Under the pieces are notes generated by a model. It saw nothing but the letters and a program-made list of their open reading frames with translations, was not told the origin of the DNA and made no database searches. The translations under genes and the position numbers were made by a program. Shown here one piece after another: positions 48,332-61,289 of a DNA stretch of 64,000 nt. Each line of letters begins with the position of its first letter. Position 1 is the first letter of the stretch. The DNA comes from Dipteris shenzhenensis. Taxonomy: Eukaryota. The stretch is from NCBI GenBank assembly GCA_047967505.1, contig CM106538.1. One strand, 5' to 3'.

Positions 48332-50599
48332 TAATTGTGAGTTAGGTATACGAACTAACTAGTTAGGACAGCCTAGTAAAGTAGCTGTTAGGTTAATGGA
48401 AACTAACTATAGCTAGTTCGTATGTTAGGTTAGTTGAAGCTCTTCTCTACCCAAAAAGAAAAAAGGGGAACCCTTGTTGAAAATTATCCATTTTTGCCTC
48501 TACTTTAAGGGCCTATATCTTGGTCAATTGGAGCCCAAATTAGACCCCAAAGGCCACCTTTCACACTCTAAAAGAGCATCTTTTGCAAAAAAATACCACT
48601 AGTTTGGTCTAATTTTTGACATTATTTCCAAGGCTAATGATTGCTCCATTTTGAGGCACATTTTGACATAAAATTCATCATAACTTCAACAAAACATACC
48701 AGAATTGCTTGCAGTCTTCACACCAACACAATTAGCCATTCACAAGCAATATTTCTACAAAACCTTTGAGGACTATTAGGAAACTTTTTTAAAGTATTAC
48801 TCAAAGGGCAACACATCATCAAAAAATTAGCATTACTAAAAAAGGGCATCATCAATTGGTGAAATTAAACATCCCACAATGGAATCCATATGGGACAACC
48901 CCCAATAGCTTGACATGTATACCAATTAAAAAATGAATCAATTGGAGTCAATCCCACAAGAACTTGACATGCAAAATGATCCACTTGCTTACATGCCCAT
49001 GTTAGGTAGAGGTAATCCCAAAGAATCCATTACTTTATTTGAGAAAAAATGGTTAGGAGGCACCTCAAAGCTTAGTGAAGATTATTTAAACTTGTTCCCA
49101 CAAACTCTCATGATAGAACCATATGATCAGTAGCTCAAATAGAATGTGGACAAATACTACTTGGATCCTCGTGGGCTATATCTATTTTAATAAGTAATAG
49201 AAAGCATATGCAAAACCTTAGCAGGGTAGTTATAAGCAACTTCTTTTGAAACATGTATGCTAGTAGTTAGAACTGTCATATAGACAAGATGGTCATTCTC
49301 TATTCTATGTTGTGGATTCAGAAGCTCAAAATTTTCGAATGAGGAAGCATTCTCTATCTGCAGATCCCTATTTTGTCTAGTTTTTCACTATGTTACCTAT
49401 ATGATGTACTGAGTTTACAACAGTAATGAAATGGATATCAACCAATATTACTCATTATGATCTGTACTTGTTCTAAATTCGGAATTAAAATGATAGTTGT
49501 CGGAAGTTCTTACTGCGCTTTCAATGGTACCCTGTTTATTTCAATAGGTAGTTTTTTTGAATACGTCTTTGCCTATTCCACTGGCGATCCTGCAAATTAA
49601 TTGGGCACTTGGATTGTGAGAGATGCATGAAGAGTGTGCACCACTTCTCTATGCAAGCATTACAAAGACAATGTACATGCTATGAAGCATAGGGAGGTGC
49701 TGCTGAAATCAAAGAAGCATAGTGTTCAACATTTATAGCAACAAATTCAAGTCTTGTGAGGCGATGCTCAAGCGCTCAAGTCCGTCCAACAAACGTCGGA
49801 TGTCGAGAGTGCATGTGGCAGAATTCAATTAACAATTGCAAATTTTCAACAAATGATTCGTAATTTTCAGCAAAGGATACATGAAATTGTCGAAGGCAAA
49901 ATTTTGGATTGAGCTGCATCCAATCCGTGGTTGAAGTTAGGGAATTACGGGAGTAGTGAATTCCCATAGCATGTCCATGGAGGCATTAATAGCGGATGTC
50001 TAAGATAGAAGAACCTGAGACATCTCCTCGACAAATTAGCCATCCATACTTCACCAGGGTTCGGGCTAGAGGTCAAACAAGTGCCTCTAAAGAGGTTCCA
50101 GGGGAGCCGGCACAAGGTCATGAAGAGGTCATAGAAGCATGTGAGTGCCAAGTTTAGAGAGACGGTGTGGGGGGTGAGAGGGATCAAGGGAGGGAGGAGG
50201 TGGAGGCACCAAATCTGTTGCCTACCTCATCCCCACCGTTACTCTCAAAAAGTCCTCTTGGTAGAAGCTTTGACAAACAAGGGACTCTAAAAAAATCAGG
50301 ACCCTAAGCATCACCCCTGTCCACGAGAACTGCCTTGATCGCGGTCCAAGAACTACATAACCCTGACCGACGGTCCAAGAACTACATAACCCTTCCAACT
50401 AGGAAGCAGGGATCATTGTGTCAATCTCTACCATTCAAATGCTTGCTCCCCTCAAGTGAGAGAGAGCCTACAATTTGTCCTCTACATCCCTTGGATGTTT
50501 TGTCCACCCAGAAAGACCTAGCTAGGCCCTTGTCCCAGTGTGCCCGTCCATGTGCATCCTATGAAGTAGCGCATGCTCTCCGAGTCACAAACCTCTGGG

Positions 50600-50775
50600 T
50601 GTCATATAAGCATTTGTCCCTTGAACTCCTCACTGCAAGAGGAGCTGGCCCAAGTGAGTCCCCCTACCAAATGCTACCAAACCTCTAGGTGCCATATGAG
50701 CAGCTGTCCCTTGAACTCCTCACTGCAAGAGGAGCTCGCCCAAGTGAGTCCCCCTACCAAATGCTACCAAACCTT
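50600..50775. repeat. 81-bp tandem duplication
   Basis: tgtcccttgaactcctcactgcaagaggagct.gcccaagtgagtccccctaccaaatgctaccaaacct occurs twice. Confidence 0.9.
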
Positions 50776-51199
50776 CTCATAAGTGGGAAGCCCTTTCTTA
50801 TTGGGAGAGCCTTTGAAAAAATGCACCAATGTGATTGCTACCACTATCTACCTATGCAAGGGGAGTGTTCCCAAAAAGCCCCCACTAGAGGAGGAGCTTC
50901 TAGAGCTCCACGCTTGGGGTGAGACCACGTACCACTAACTTGCCTAAGAGGGCTCAGTTGTGCATCTATGTATCAATGATACCACATCCTCCTCTTGCTG
51001 GAGGCATGATCACTGTTAGCCATGCAACTCTGGCTCTGTTATTATGCATACCATACGGTCCTACCCAAAGGAAGTTATGCACCAAACGTCTCAACTGCCC
51101 ATGGATCCCTTCTGAAGCACTAGCAAGAGGCTATGTACCAAGCCATGGCAAGGAGGACCTAATTGACTACCATCACTCTATCTATTAGGGAGAGTTTAG

Positions 51200-51975
51200 C
51201 CAAGCTACAGTATAAAAGCTTGCGCCGAATGCAATCTGTTGCTCTATTGAAATATATGTAGCCACCTGATAGCCAAAGTGTCTTGCTCTCTTCCCTTATA
51301 AAATCCACTGTGAAAGCCAAAAGTAGCTCCAAATCCCAAACCTCCTAGGCCTCCTCTATGCCCGTGAGAAGCCAATAGATTTGGCTCAGTTAATCTGAGC
51401 TCCTAAGGCCTCACAATAGATAGCCAAGGCCCCCCTAACCATCATAGGATCATTTTGTTGATATCTCCACAAAGGGTTGTATCATTTGCAAACTTTGATT
51501 CTCCTCCTATCAAATTGGGATTCTCATCCCAATGAGGCCTATCACTTAAGAGTGCAAAGGAAGGGGGTGACCTTGTCAAACCGATTAAGAAAGAGAAAAG
51601 GCATGGCCCGTGTGCTTCCCCCCAATGATCACTTGACGAGAAATTCGTGTATAAAGAGATGAGAAACTTTTGAGCCACCTCTCCAAGAAGCCTAGTCTCT
51701 ATGTGGTGCCCTCCAAGAAGGACCACTTGGATCTATCATATGCCTTTTTGAAATCCAAGATTGACCACTTTGTCATATGCCTTCTCGAAATCCAAGAAAA
51801 GGATGGCAAGAGGCTACCTCTCCCCCTTGGCCCAATCTAATACTTTCCAAAATGTTAAGATGTTGTTGAGCATACTAAATTCCTAAACAAAACTAATGTG
51901 CATGTCATGAATGATATCAGGTAGGTGGGGCCTCAACCACAAGTTCAAGACCTAGGCCAAGATCTTGTAAAGTGA
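51200..51975 (-). mobile_element. L1-type LINE RT fragment
   Basis: KILA...LRPHLPDII...NNIL...LAILFLDFEKAYDK...QGHPL...KFANDTTL. Confidence 0.8.
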
Positions 51976-51999
51976 TCAGCACGTGGGACAAACTTGTTC

Positions 52000-54900
52000 T
52001 TTCCTATTAACCAGTCCAACAACAAAAGCTTAGCACTCATATTTTCATGATTAAACTAGAAAGAATTTTTGGAAAGCCAAATAAACCATAATGCATGAGC
52101 CCTAATACCTGTCCATAAACCCTATTTGACTTTTACAATATCACCCAATAGTATAGATTCCCAATTTATGGGCTTTGCTAGCTGGATCTGAATAGCTTTC
52201 CAAATTTTTTGGCCTAAGGGCATACTACAAATAAGCGGAAGATGTCCTCCTAGGTTCCAGGGCAACATTTGTAATGGCCATTTCAAACCCTTAGTACAAG
52301 TCCAAACAACTTTGTGTAGTATAAGCCAAAGGAGTGTAGACATTTTTTCTAGGATTTCCTTGTTCCAAATTTTAAGGAACCTGCCCTTCTAGCTGGCTTG
52401 ACTGTCATGAAGGTTCCATCTGGTATTAAAAAACCTACATACATCCTCTATGTATTCAAAAGGCATCAAGATAAGAAGCAAATGGGAAGAGTACACCCAA
52501 TTGAATCATAGTCATATATTAGAACTATACCTTCTTTCCATTGAATGTTACCATCCCATAAAGACATTCCCTTATTAGAGATGCATGCTAGTTTAAGAGA
52601 CCAAATTCCCTTCTAATATTAATCCATATTTTCCATCTTCTTTGTTCCCTTTACCATAGTTTGCCCTAGCTTTGCAACCCTTTTTAAAAAGACCGAAAGT
52701 TGTGGCAAAATCCTCATTCTTTAAGGGGAAAGACCTATGCACAGAGGAGATCCAAATGGAATCCAAGGCCATTAAGGACCCCTTACCAAAGAACCTGATC
52801 TGGGTTTTTCTTGTTTCAAAAGCAACCCACATGGATCTCTAGAGTTGACTACCTTTAGAAATACAAGGTTCTAGATTCAAGATAGCAAACAGAGAGGGGA
52901 ATTTATTTCACTTTTTCTCCCTCAAGGGTCAAATCTACAAAAAGTTTTTTGAGAAGAGCTGGGCCTACTAGTCCTGATTAAACTTTATAATTGCTTTGAT
53001 GATCCATGAGGCAACAAGCTTAGCTAAAGAGAGCTTAATGTCAACAACCCATATGCCTCCTTTTGCCTTAGTTCTAGTGTAGAAATACCACTTGACCTTA
53101 GGTATTCTACTACTTCCTCCCCAAAGGAAGGCTCTACATTTGGAGATTAATCGAGTTAAGCCCTTACTACTACTGGGATGCCAGTAGGACAAATAGAAAA
53201 TGGTGATGGGATATAAATAGTGCGTCTATCTTTCATGGTAATCCCAAAACCAATGGGGATTTCCAAAAGCCTGAAAACCTTGCCATGAAGAAGGGTGTGA
53301 TATCTAAGAGCATCAAGGTAAGCTTGTTGGCTGACCACTAAGAGTAGTATACCTTGTTTTGTTATGGTTAAGGAGAGACCTAAAGGTTGTGCAAAAAATA
53401 TCCAAACACTCCATTACTACCCTAACATCCTGTACAATATTCTTGAGAGTCAAACTAGTGTCACTAGCAAATTGTTGGCTAACCAACTGCTTCCCTGTTG
53501 GTAGCTCAATGCCCATAATGTCACCTTGTTAAATTCTCTCAGTAAGGAGCCACCCTAAAGAGTCAACAACTATGACAAACAAGAGAGGGGCAATAGGGCA
53601 ACCTTGCCTAATGGAGCGTCTCAGGGGGAAAGCAAAGGACATGACTCCATTCACACATACCTTAGCAGAGGCGTTGGAGAGAAGGATTTTGATGTAAGAA
53701 ACATATATATGGGCCGAGGTCCATGTCCTGGAGGGATTGAATTAGAAAATCCCAATCTAGTGCTTTATCAAAGTCAACCTTGATGAAGCATACATCCTAT
53801 TTGGTGTCTCTAGCATACTCACAACCTTCGCACAAGTTGATAATCGCTTCCAGAAGATGTCAACCCTTAAAAAAGCCTTTTTGCTCCTATAGAATCCAAT
53901 TGTCCGTCCATCTTAGACTGAATTCTTATGATTAACACCTTGGCCAAAATCTTATAACTACAATTTAGCATTATTAGGGGTCACCAATTCTTGAGAGTGT
54001 CCTTCTTGCCCCCTTTGGGGAGAATCTTGATGACTCCACCATTTAAGTGAGTAGGTACTTGATGGTTATGCAGGCTCTCCAGCCACATAGGGAGGAGTCA
54101 AGGACCTACCACCTCCCAAAAGGCTTTGTAGAACTCTATAGAAAGCCCATCTTCCCCAGGAGTTTTGCCATCGTTTAATGAGTTTATAAACTCCTTAAGC
54201 TCTTTCAGGGAAAGGGGAGCTTCAAGGTAAGCTTGATCGAAAGGTGAACTAGAGCCTTCGTGGCTCTCCTGTTCTTCTCTCTAGCTTGGCAAACCTTAGG
54301 AGTTACCTGATGAGAGGGTGAGAGCACATTCTAAAAGTGCTTAGGTATAAATTCTTGATTTTTTGCTTCATTTTTGGCCCTCTAATTATCACTATTTCCA
54401 AAGGAGGGATTTCCTCACTAGGTCTCTTCCTTCTGATAAGTTAAAGACTTCTTTAGTTGGTCTATCCATTTTACCTGACCACCAATTCTTGAGGTAAACG
54501 TGTGCCTCCTTGAGCTTAGCTTTTTCTAGTCTGAGGTTAGATTTAGCATTCAGGAGTTCTCCTCAAGATCTAGTGGGCAGCTGCCTTACCCATAGCTCCA
54601 AACCTTCAATGACCTCCTTAATTTTGTCCATTCTTTAGCCCTTATGTTGGCCCAGTTTTTCCTTGCATTCTTCACGTTCCATTGGGTGTCCCTGACTACA
54701 TTTTGTTAAAAAGAGGAAGCATCCTGTGGCTTGCCCCAAACCTCAATAATCTGACACTGTACCATATTTAAAAAGGAAAAGACTGCGGTCAACCTTGAAC
54801 CAAGATGAGGTTTTCATTCCTCGTCTGCATCCTAACCTTGGAGGTGCTAGAAAAGAGATGGTGGGGGAGAGAACTTTTGCCCAATCTTGCTTCTTGCCTG

Positions 54901-55480
54901 CAATCCTCAATCTATCTATTAGACCAAGTAAACTCTCTCAAAGTGTTAGGGTCTATAAGCTGCATAGCATCCTTTACATCCTCCTAGGTTTGAAGTTCTA
55001 CCCCCCTTAGAATTGTGCCCTTATCCAACCATCTATCACTTCTACATTCAACCATGTTAAAGTCTCCAAGAAGAAAGGCATTTCCATCTAGCTCTTCTAA
55101 AGACTACAAAGTGTTCAATCGGTATTGAGTGCTGGTAGGTGCATAGACCAAGATAACCCAAAATTGTAGCCCTTTCATGTCAGCAAGGAGAAAAGCAATC
55201 CATCTGTGAGACTATCATCTACAACAACCTTTGTGACACCTTGTTCATAATGTGAGAGCACACCAATATAGCAGTACCCCCCCCTTCCTGCCTTGTGCTT
55301 AGTGAAGAACCAGGTCCTTCTCTTATCTATCATCTTAAGCTTGGGACTCAAGATCATTATTGGTCTTTTTAACTTCCTAAAGTACTTCTTGCATTGTTGC
55401 TCTGTTATTGTGTTGCTCCTAACATAGTGTGAGTAGGAGGGGCACAATGTGATAATCAAGGAGTTCAACGCCCACAAGGA
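52000..55480 (-). mobile_element. L1-type LINE ORF2 (endonuclease, RT, C-terminal region), degenerate
   Basis: EN motifs (VYAPTS, LLGDFNMVE) at ~55050-55150; GKTPGEDGLSIEFYKAFW; IKVDFDKA; SIRQGCPIAPSLF; QFASDTSL; AFLWGG...KVKW...KAKGG. Confidence 0.88.
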
Positions 55481-56225
55481 TAGTTCTATTAGATAGGTTC
55501 TAATACTATTATCATTACAATTTGTGGAAACATTGACTAGACATTGATAAAATCAATACCTATAGGCCTATGGATCAAGAAGATAAGATAAATGGTTTGT
55601 ATTACTACCATGTAGCAAGGGTTTTGAGGACAAGTTAGCACTATACATGGAGCTCTTTGTAATTAGTCTAAAAGTTTTTGGTAATGTACATGGATTTCTC
55701 CATTGGTGGCCCAAGAATTTGGCAAATTATAGTCAACTTCATCCCACGTTTAGAACTGACTCAATGAGTATCTAATTGGGAATAGGAGCTCCCATGTAGA
55801 GGGCTGGCATGCCTTCCAAATTGCGAAAATATCCTTGCTTACCTTGTGATCAAAGAGGGTATAGTGTGCTACAAGAGTACTTACTACACACCTTTTGATA
55901 GAGACATCATGAATAAATTCACCTTTATTTAAGAAATTAATCAAAAGAAGTCTAGTTTTACGTGCTAAAAAATATTTATTTGATTTGGATATATGCAATA
56001 ACACTGCAAATTGCATAAACAAGATCAAATTTATACGTGTAAACCACAATCACCCCAATCCAAAATGTTTATTTTATATTGTACAATAAAAGTATTTGGG
56101 AGTGCAACAACATCGTCTTTAGGCAAATTTGAGAAAATTATGTGTAGAAACAACTTTGGAGCTAAAAAGGGGCAACACGTTGATATAATGAATTAGGGAT
56201 ATTCCAAAATGGTTCTAAAAGAAAA

Positions 56226-56241
56226 GAAGGGGGGGAGGAGA

Positions 56242-56292
<51 letters not shown>

Positions 56293-56315
56293 AGGGAGGC
56301 AGGGAGGGAGGGAGG

Positions 56316-56369
<54 letters not shown>
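56226..56369. repeat. (GA)n / (GGGA)n polypurine tract
   Basis: Directly visible, ~145 bp and almost purely purine. Confidence 0.95.
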
Positions 56370-56373
<4 letters not shown>

Positions 56374-56500
56374 TACCTTCCTAAGAAATAACACAGGGTC
56401 TCTAAGACTAAAAAAAGCTAGATTCAATGACAGCTAAGAGTGGGGCAACTAAATAGGCACCCATACCCAAGGGTGATGTCTATAATGAGAAAAAAATAGA

Positions 56501-57358
56501 TATGTCATGTTATCACTGCAAACGAAGGAAACCCAAAAAGAGAAAACCACAAGCATGAGACTTTGGTCATCCACTGATCGATAAGGTATCCATTTGAGTG
56601 AATGGATCTATGTATGCCATTTATGGGACTAACTCCATTGGAGAATTAAGGAGAGACAAGAGGAGCTTTTTTTATAGTGGCTTTAGATCTGTAGTATTGA
56701 GAAACAAAATCAATGTTGGAGTACTATTGATTCTTGGCCTATCAAAGTCCCTCCCTCATTTCCATTCCCTCATTTCCATTCTCAATGAGGTATCCCACCA
56801 TCTAGCGAGTGCTATCATCATCTCCAATGGTCTTTCCCTCGGCATCAAAAAGACTGGATATGTTTGTAGTCCTCATGTAGGTGTCCACTTGGGACTGGCT
56901 AGTCATGCACTCTTGCTCTCTATTATGTCTAATCTATTATGTCATGTTATCACTATAAGCGAAGGAAACCCAAAAAGAGAAAACAACAAACATGAGACTT
57001 TGGTCATCCATTGATCAATAAGGTATCCATTTGAGTGAGTGGATCTATGTATGCCGTCTATGGGACCAACTTCATTGGAGAATTAAGGAGAGACAAGAGG
57101 AGCTTTTTTTATAGTGGCTTTAGATCTGGTGAGGGCTAGCATCAAGAAATGAAATCAATGTTGGAGTACTATTGATTCTTGGCCTATCAAAGTCCCTCTC
57201 TCATTTCTATTCTCAATGAGGTATCCGACCATCTAGCGAGTGCTATTATCATCTCCAATGGTCTCTCCCTCGGCATCAAAAAGATTGGATATTTTTGTAG
57301 TCCTCACGTGGGTGCCCACTTGGGTCTGGCTAGTCATGCACTCTTGCTCTCTATTATG
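56501..57358. repeat. ~430-bp tandem duplication (56501-56927 / 56938-57358)
   Basis: tatgtcatgttatcact...gaaggaaacccaaaaagag...ctcttgctctctattatg occurs twice with small indels. Confidence 0.92.
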
Positions 57359-57399
57359 GCTAATCCCCTGCTATCTCTGGTGTGGATCATTAAAGATAA

Positions 57400-60300
57400 A
57401 AATTAATGATCATGCTTTGACTAGGATTTGCTGCTCCCTCTTATGCTGTCCTCTTTACTTTTATGAGCTAATCTCTATGCGTCTAGGTCTTAAGAAGGAA
57501 AACATCCACATATTGCTGATCAGGATGTGTTAAGCACTTAGTGGGGAAAATCTTCTATCGAATAAGCAATGATGTTATCCATGGATCTCATTTACATAGG
57601 GCATCTAAATGCAAAGTGATCTCTATCTCGATCTCTTGTATATCATAGAGACTAGAGGTTTGTCCCTCAAATGGGATGCCCTTGCTCTTGTCTCAACCCA
57701 TTGCCTTGGTGACGATGCCCAAAACTGAACAATCGAGACCTTTAGTGCAAGTGGGAGATGAATCTAAGTATAGACCGATGGTTGAGTAAATCCCTCTTCT
57801 GAGATCCATAAGCAATCATCTCTATCTGAGTTTAAGTGCTAACCAAGTCTAGTAAGTAAAAAGCTGCAAGAGATCCTCTTTGATTACCTAGTTCACCTCT
57901 TAGTAGGTGAGAAGAATTGGATGGAGGCTCAAGGCTATATAGAAATGGAAAAGACAATCTACCCAGTTGTAGTCCCATCCCAAGCCTACAAACCATTTGC
58001 ATGTCTGAGCATCCTAACTCCTTTTATCTTCCTCTACCTCCAATGTAATAGATGAAGTCAAGGCTAGCCATGGGAATCTATATTGTCCACATGTTGTGGC
58101 ACAAAAGTCATTGACTCTATTGAGATTAAGTGACCTCTTAGAAGACTGCATTGAGCAATAGAGTGGTGGCTCCAAACTCTTCTAGTATGGGATGTGGGAC
58201 TAATGGCTTGCTGCCATCCAAGTAAGAAACAAAACCTAAAGTCTCTATATGCAAGACCATTCAATCTCCGATAAGTCTATCCCACAAAAAAGGAATGCCA
58301 TGCATCCCAACTAGGGACAAGCAAATCAAATAGAAGAGACTTGGTACTAGGGTTCTAAAAATTCAAGTGAAGGCACTCACGCTTGGGTTTGGCTGGTGTG
58401 ACATATCCTCTACTCACCGAGTCTAGATGGCTGGTCGCATCATAAAGATCGGGGCTGAGAGGAGAACCCCCAAATATTTGTAAGATGTAATAATCCTCAT
58501 TGGTGCCCGATCAAAGATAAAGCACTTTGGATGTGTGGCTCCTTGGGATATACTGAAGATCATAATCTTGGCTTTACCCGGGTTGACCTTCAAATTATGT
58601 TTTTTGTGAAAAGGCTAAAGTGCATCCAAATGCTACTAGAGGACCTTAACTAAGGAGGGGAATAGGACCACATCATTTGTATATAGTAGAATTCGAATTA
58701 ATGAGCTAGTAGAGGAGCTTGCACCTCCTAGACTCATGATGAAGGACTCCAACTTGTCAATATTTAGACCCAAAAAGTGTGGTGATAATTGATAAGATTA
58801 TTTAACCTCAATAGTGCTCATGATCTCCTCTACCCACTAAACAAGGTCATGACCACTTACATGGTGTATTAGACCACCCATATAATGTCCTAAGTGTACC
58901 ATAGTTCAAGTAATCATCTAAAGAGTCAGTTTCATGGTATAGTGTCAAAGGCTTTGTGAAAGTCCACAAAGAAATAGTAAACTCTTTGCTTTTGTGTGCT
59001 CCGGCCTCCCATTGGAGGTCTCAATGTGAAGCTATTGTCAAGTGTAGCATGATCTCCCTAAAACCCTACCTACCCCTTTGCTCTAAATCCCTTTTATTTT
59101 ACCACTTGGCTAACATGGGTGTTAACTACTATTCTAAAAATCTTGGACATAACATGTCCGACCATGTTGGTTTTTCAAACTTATTGGGTCCCTACCTTGT
59201 GGATTGGGATAATGGTGTTAAGGGTCCAAATGTGGGGGAAACCAGTCCAAACTCCTCCATTGAATAAAATTTCCAAGCTTAATTGGCTAGGGTACCAATC
59301 CCATGTGCAATGTACTCAGTGCATAGCCCCAGATAATATTTGTCTCAGCCATTATGCAGCATCAGAGTTGCATGTTTGACATCACCAATGGTAAAGAGTC
59401 AATAGGAAGTTGAGTGTAGTAGTTATGGGAGGTTTGGTGTAGGCTAATGATGAATTTCATAAAGTGTGCATGTGACAATCCTTGGAATTATCACTATCCT
59501 TGGAATTATCACTAAATATAATGTTTAGTAGTTCTTCCTCGTTCTAGTGGATAAAACCTCTCTTCTTCCAATGGACTAGATGATCAAACTCTTATTTGGT
59601 CATTGTCACAGTCAAAAGGTGATGCTTGATGCTGCTTGATGTCAGCTTTAAGTTCAAGGCACACTCTTCATTATACCAACAATTTCAAGGGGTTGATCCA
59701 ACGGATGGGTGGATATAGTGGTCTGAGAGAAGGATGGATGATGGCATCATGTAGGAATGGGTGAAAAGGGTGGCTCTATCCTATGAAAGGGGGATATCAT
59801 GAAGATCCTTGAGCATAGTGGAGAGGCAAGTGGTAGAGGTTGGGGCTAGTGTGTGGTCAAAATGAATCTCCTAAAAAATAGTATAAGTGGGGTGGGAGTA
59901 AGATGGATAAGCTAAAGAAAAGGTATGTATGATCAACTCTAGGAGGTGATGGGGGAATAGAGAATTATGTGATGTGAGAGGTAAAGGCAAAGGACCGGAT
60001 GAGATAGTCAACTATGCTAGTGCCTTTATGTGGGAAACAAGTGAGCGCACCAAAAAATGGCCATCCCTTTAGACCATTGTATAACAGTAGGTTAGACATC
60101 TTGCCCATATTAATGAAGGCATGACTATATGAGGTGATTGGGGATAATCGATTTCTAGACACTCGAGAGATATAAATTGATGTCAAAAATATAATTGAGC
60201 CATGCTGAAAATCAATGATCAATACCCAGCATCCAACAATCTTGGTGCTGAAGTCTTTGAGAAGAAGAGCTTCCCTATGACTCAAAAAGTACATGATATA

Positions 60301-60564
60301 TGAGTATAAGATAGAATATGGAGATGCATCTCCCTCCTCTCAAAGGTCATTTGCAAAATGTGAGGTCTCTAAAGGAAAGTAACAGTTTGCGATGAAAGTA
60401 TCTCTTGATGATGTGGTCCTAGTAAATCCAAAGGAATCTAGATGGGGGCCACATCTTCATAGTGATCATCCTCATAATAGATGATCGATACAAAACTAAA
60501 ACACAACTATATCCACATACTCCTACAGCCTCAGTTGTCTCCTCTTGATAGGTAGATTCCCATG
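57400..60564 (-). mobile_element. RTE-X-like LINE ORF2 (EN, RT, C-terminal Zn finger), degenerate
   Basis: TWES at ~60560; LTCFPHKGTSIVDYLI; FVDFHKAFDT (~58950); STIEVK...LSP-FLGLNIDKLE; LLYTNDVVL (cf. YADD); DHFAFRCP at ~57600. Confidence 0.8.
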
Positions 60565-61090
60565 TGTAACAATAGATTGGTGGGAGTGGATGCTCCTGAG
60601 AGATCTCAACAATAGAAGCGGAATGGAAGAGGATGAGAGAGAGAAGGAGAGCCAGAAGAGAGAGTCACACAAGTTTTGGTGGGTGCAAAACACCCTAATC
60701 TTCTATGTCATCCATATATATATATGTTTGAGTATTGTACATAACCGAGGTTAAGGTATAGTGGCCTTTAACCCCCACAACCTCCCACTTAAAGGCCAAT
60801 GTGCCTTTAAGGGAGAACAACCAATGAGCATACTACCCAATGCCCATCAAAACACAACAATACTCAAACCGCTGACTAGGTAGACTCTTTGTCAGCATAT
60901 CTGTAGGGTTATCATCCGTATGAACCTTGACAAGCTCTATGTGCTTGTCCTCAAGTACCTCCTTGATAAAATGGTAGCTGACCTCAATGTGTTTGGTCTT
61001 TGCATGAAAGACCAGTAGCTGAATAGCACTCATGGAATCACTGTGCAATGTCGGTACACCTATATGAATCCCCAAATCTCTCACTAGGGG
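60565..61090 (-). mobile_element. Copia 3' end: RNase H, PPT and short 3' LTR
   Basis: TLHSDSMSAIQL...FHAKTKHIEVSYHFIKE...VHTDDNPTDMLTKSLP. PPT aagtgggagg abuts the LTR (plus-strand end CA at 60779; other end TG ~60565), which interrupts the LINE endonuclease. Confidence 0.88.
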
Positions 61091-61289
61091 CAATTTTGAA
61101 TACCATGATGCAGAGAATCCCGGAGGCCTTCGTAATTCATGGTCTCCTTCAGAAGCTTTCATTCATGCAACCTATGGTTATCATGCATCATTTTGACTAT
61201 ATGTAGGATCCGGAAGACAGTTGTATGATCCACTTCCACCTTGACCCCGTCCAAGGATAATACCTTCAGTTGTTTCGATCATCCCTAAA

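Noticed and set aside
49200-50000. Possible DNA transposase remnant
   Set aside because: Coding-like composition but no recognisable motif, TIR or TSD.
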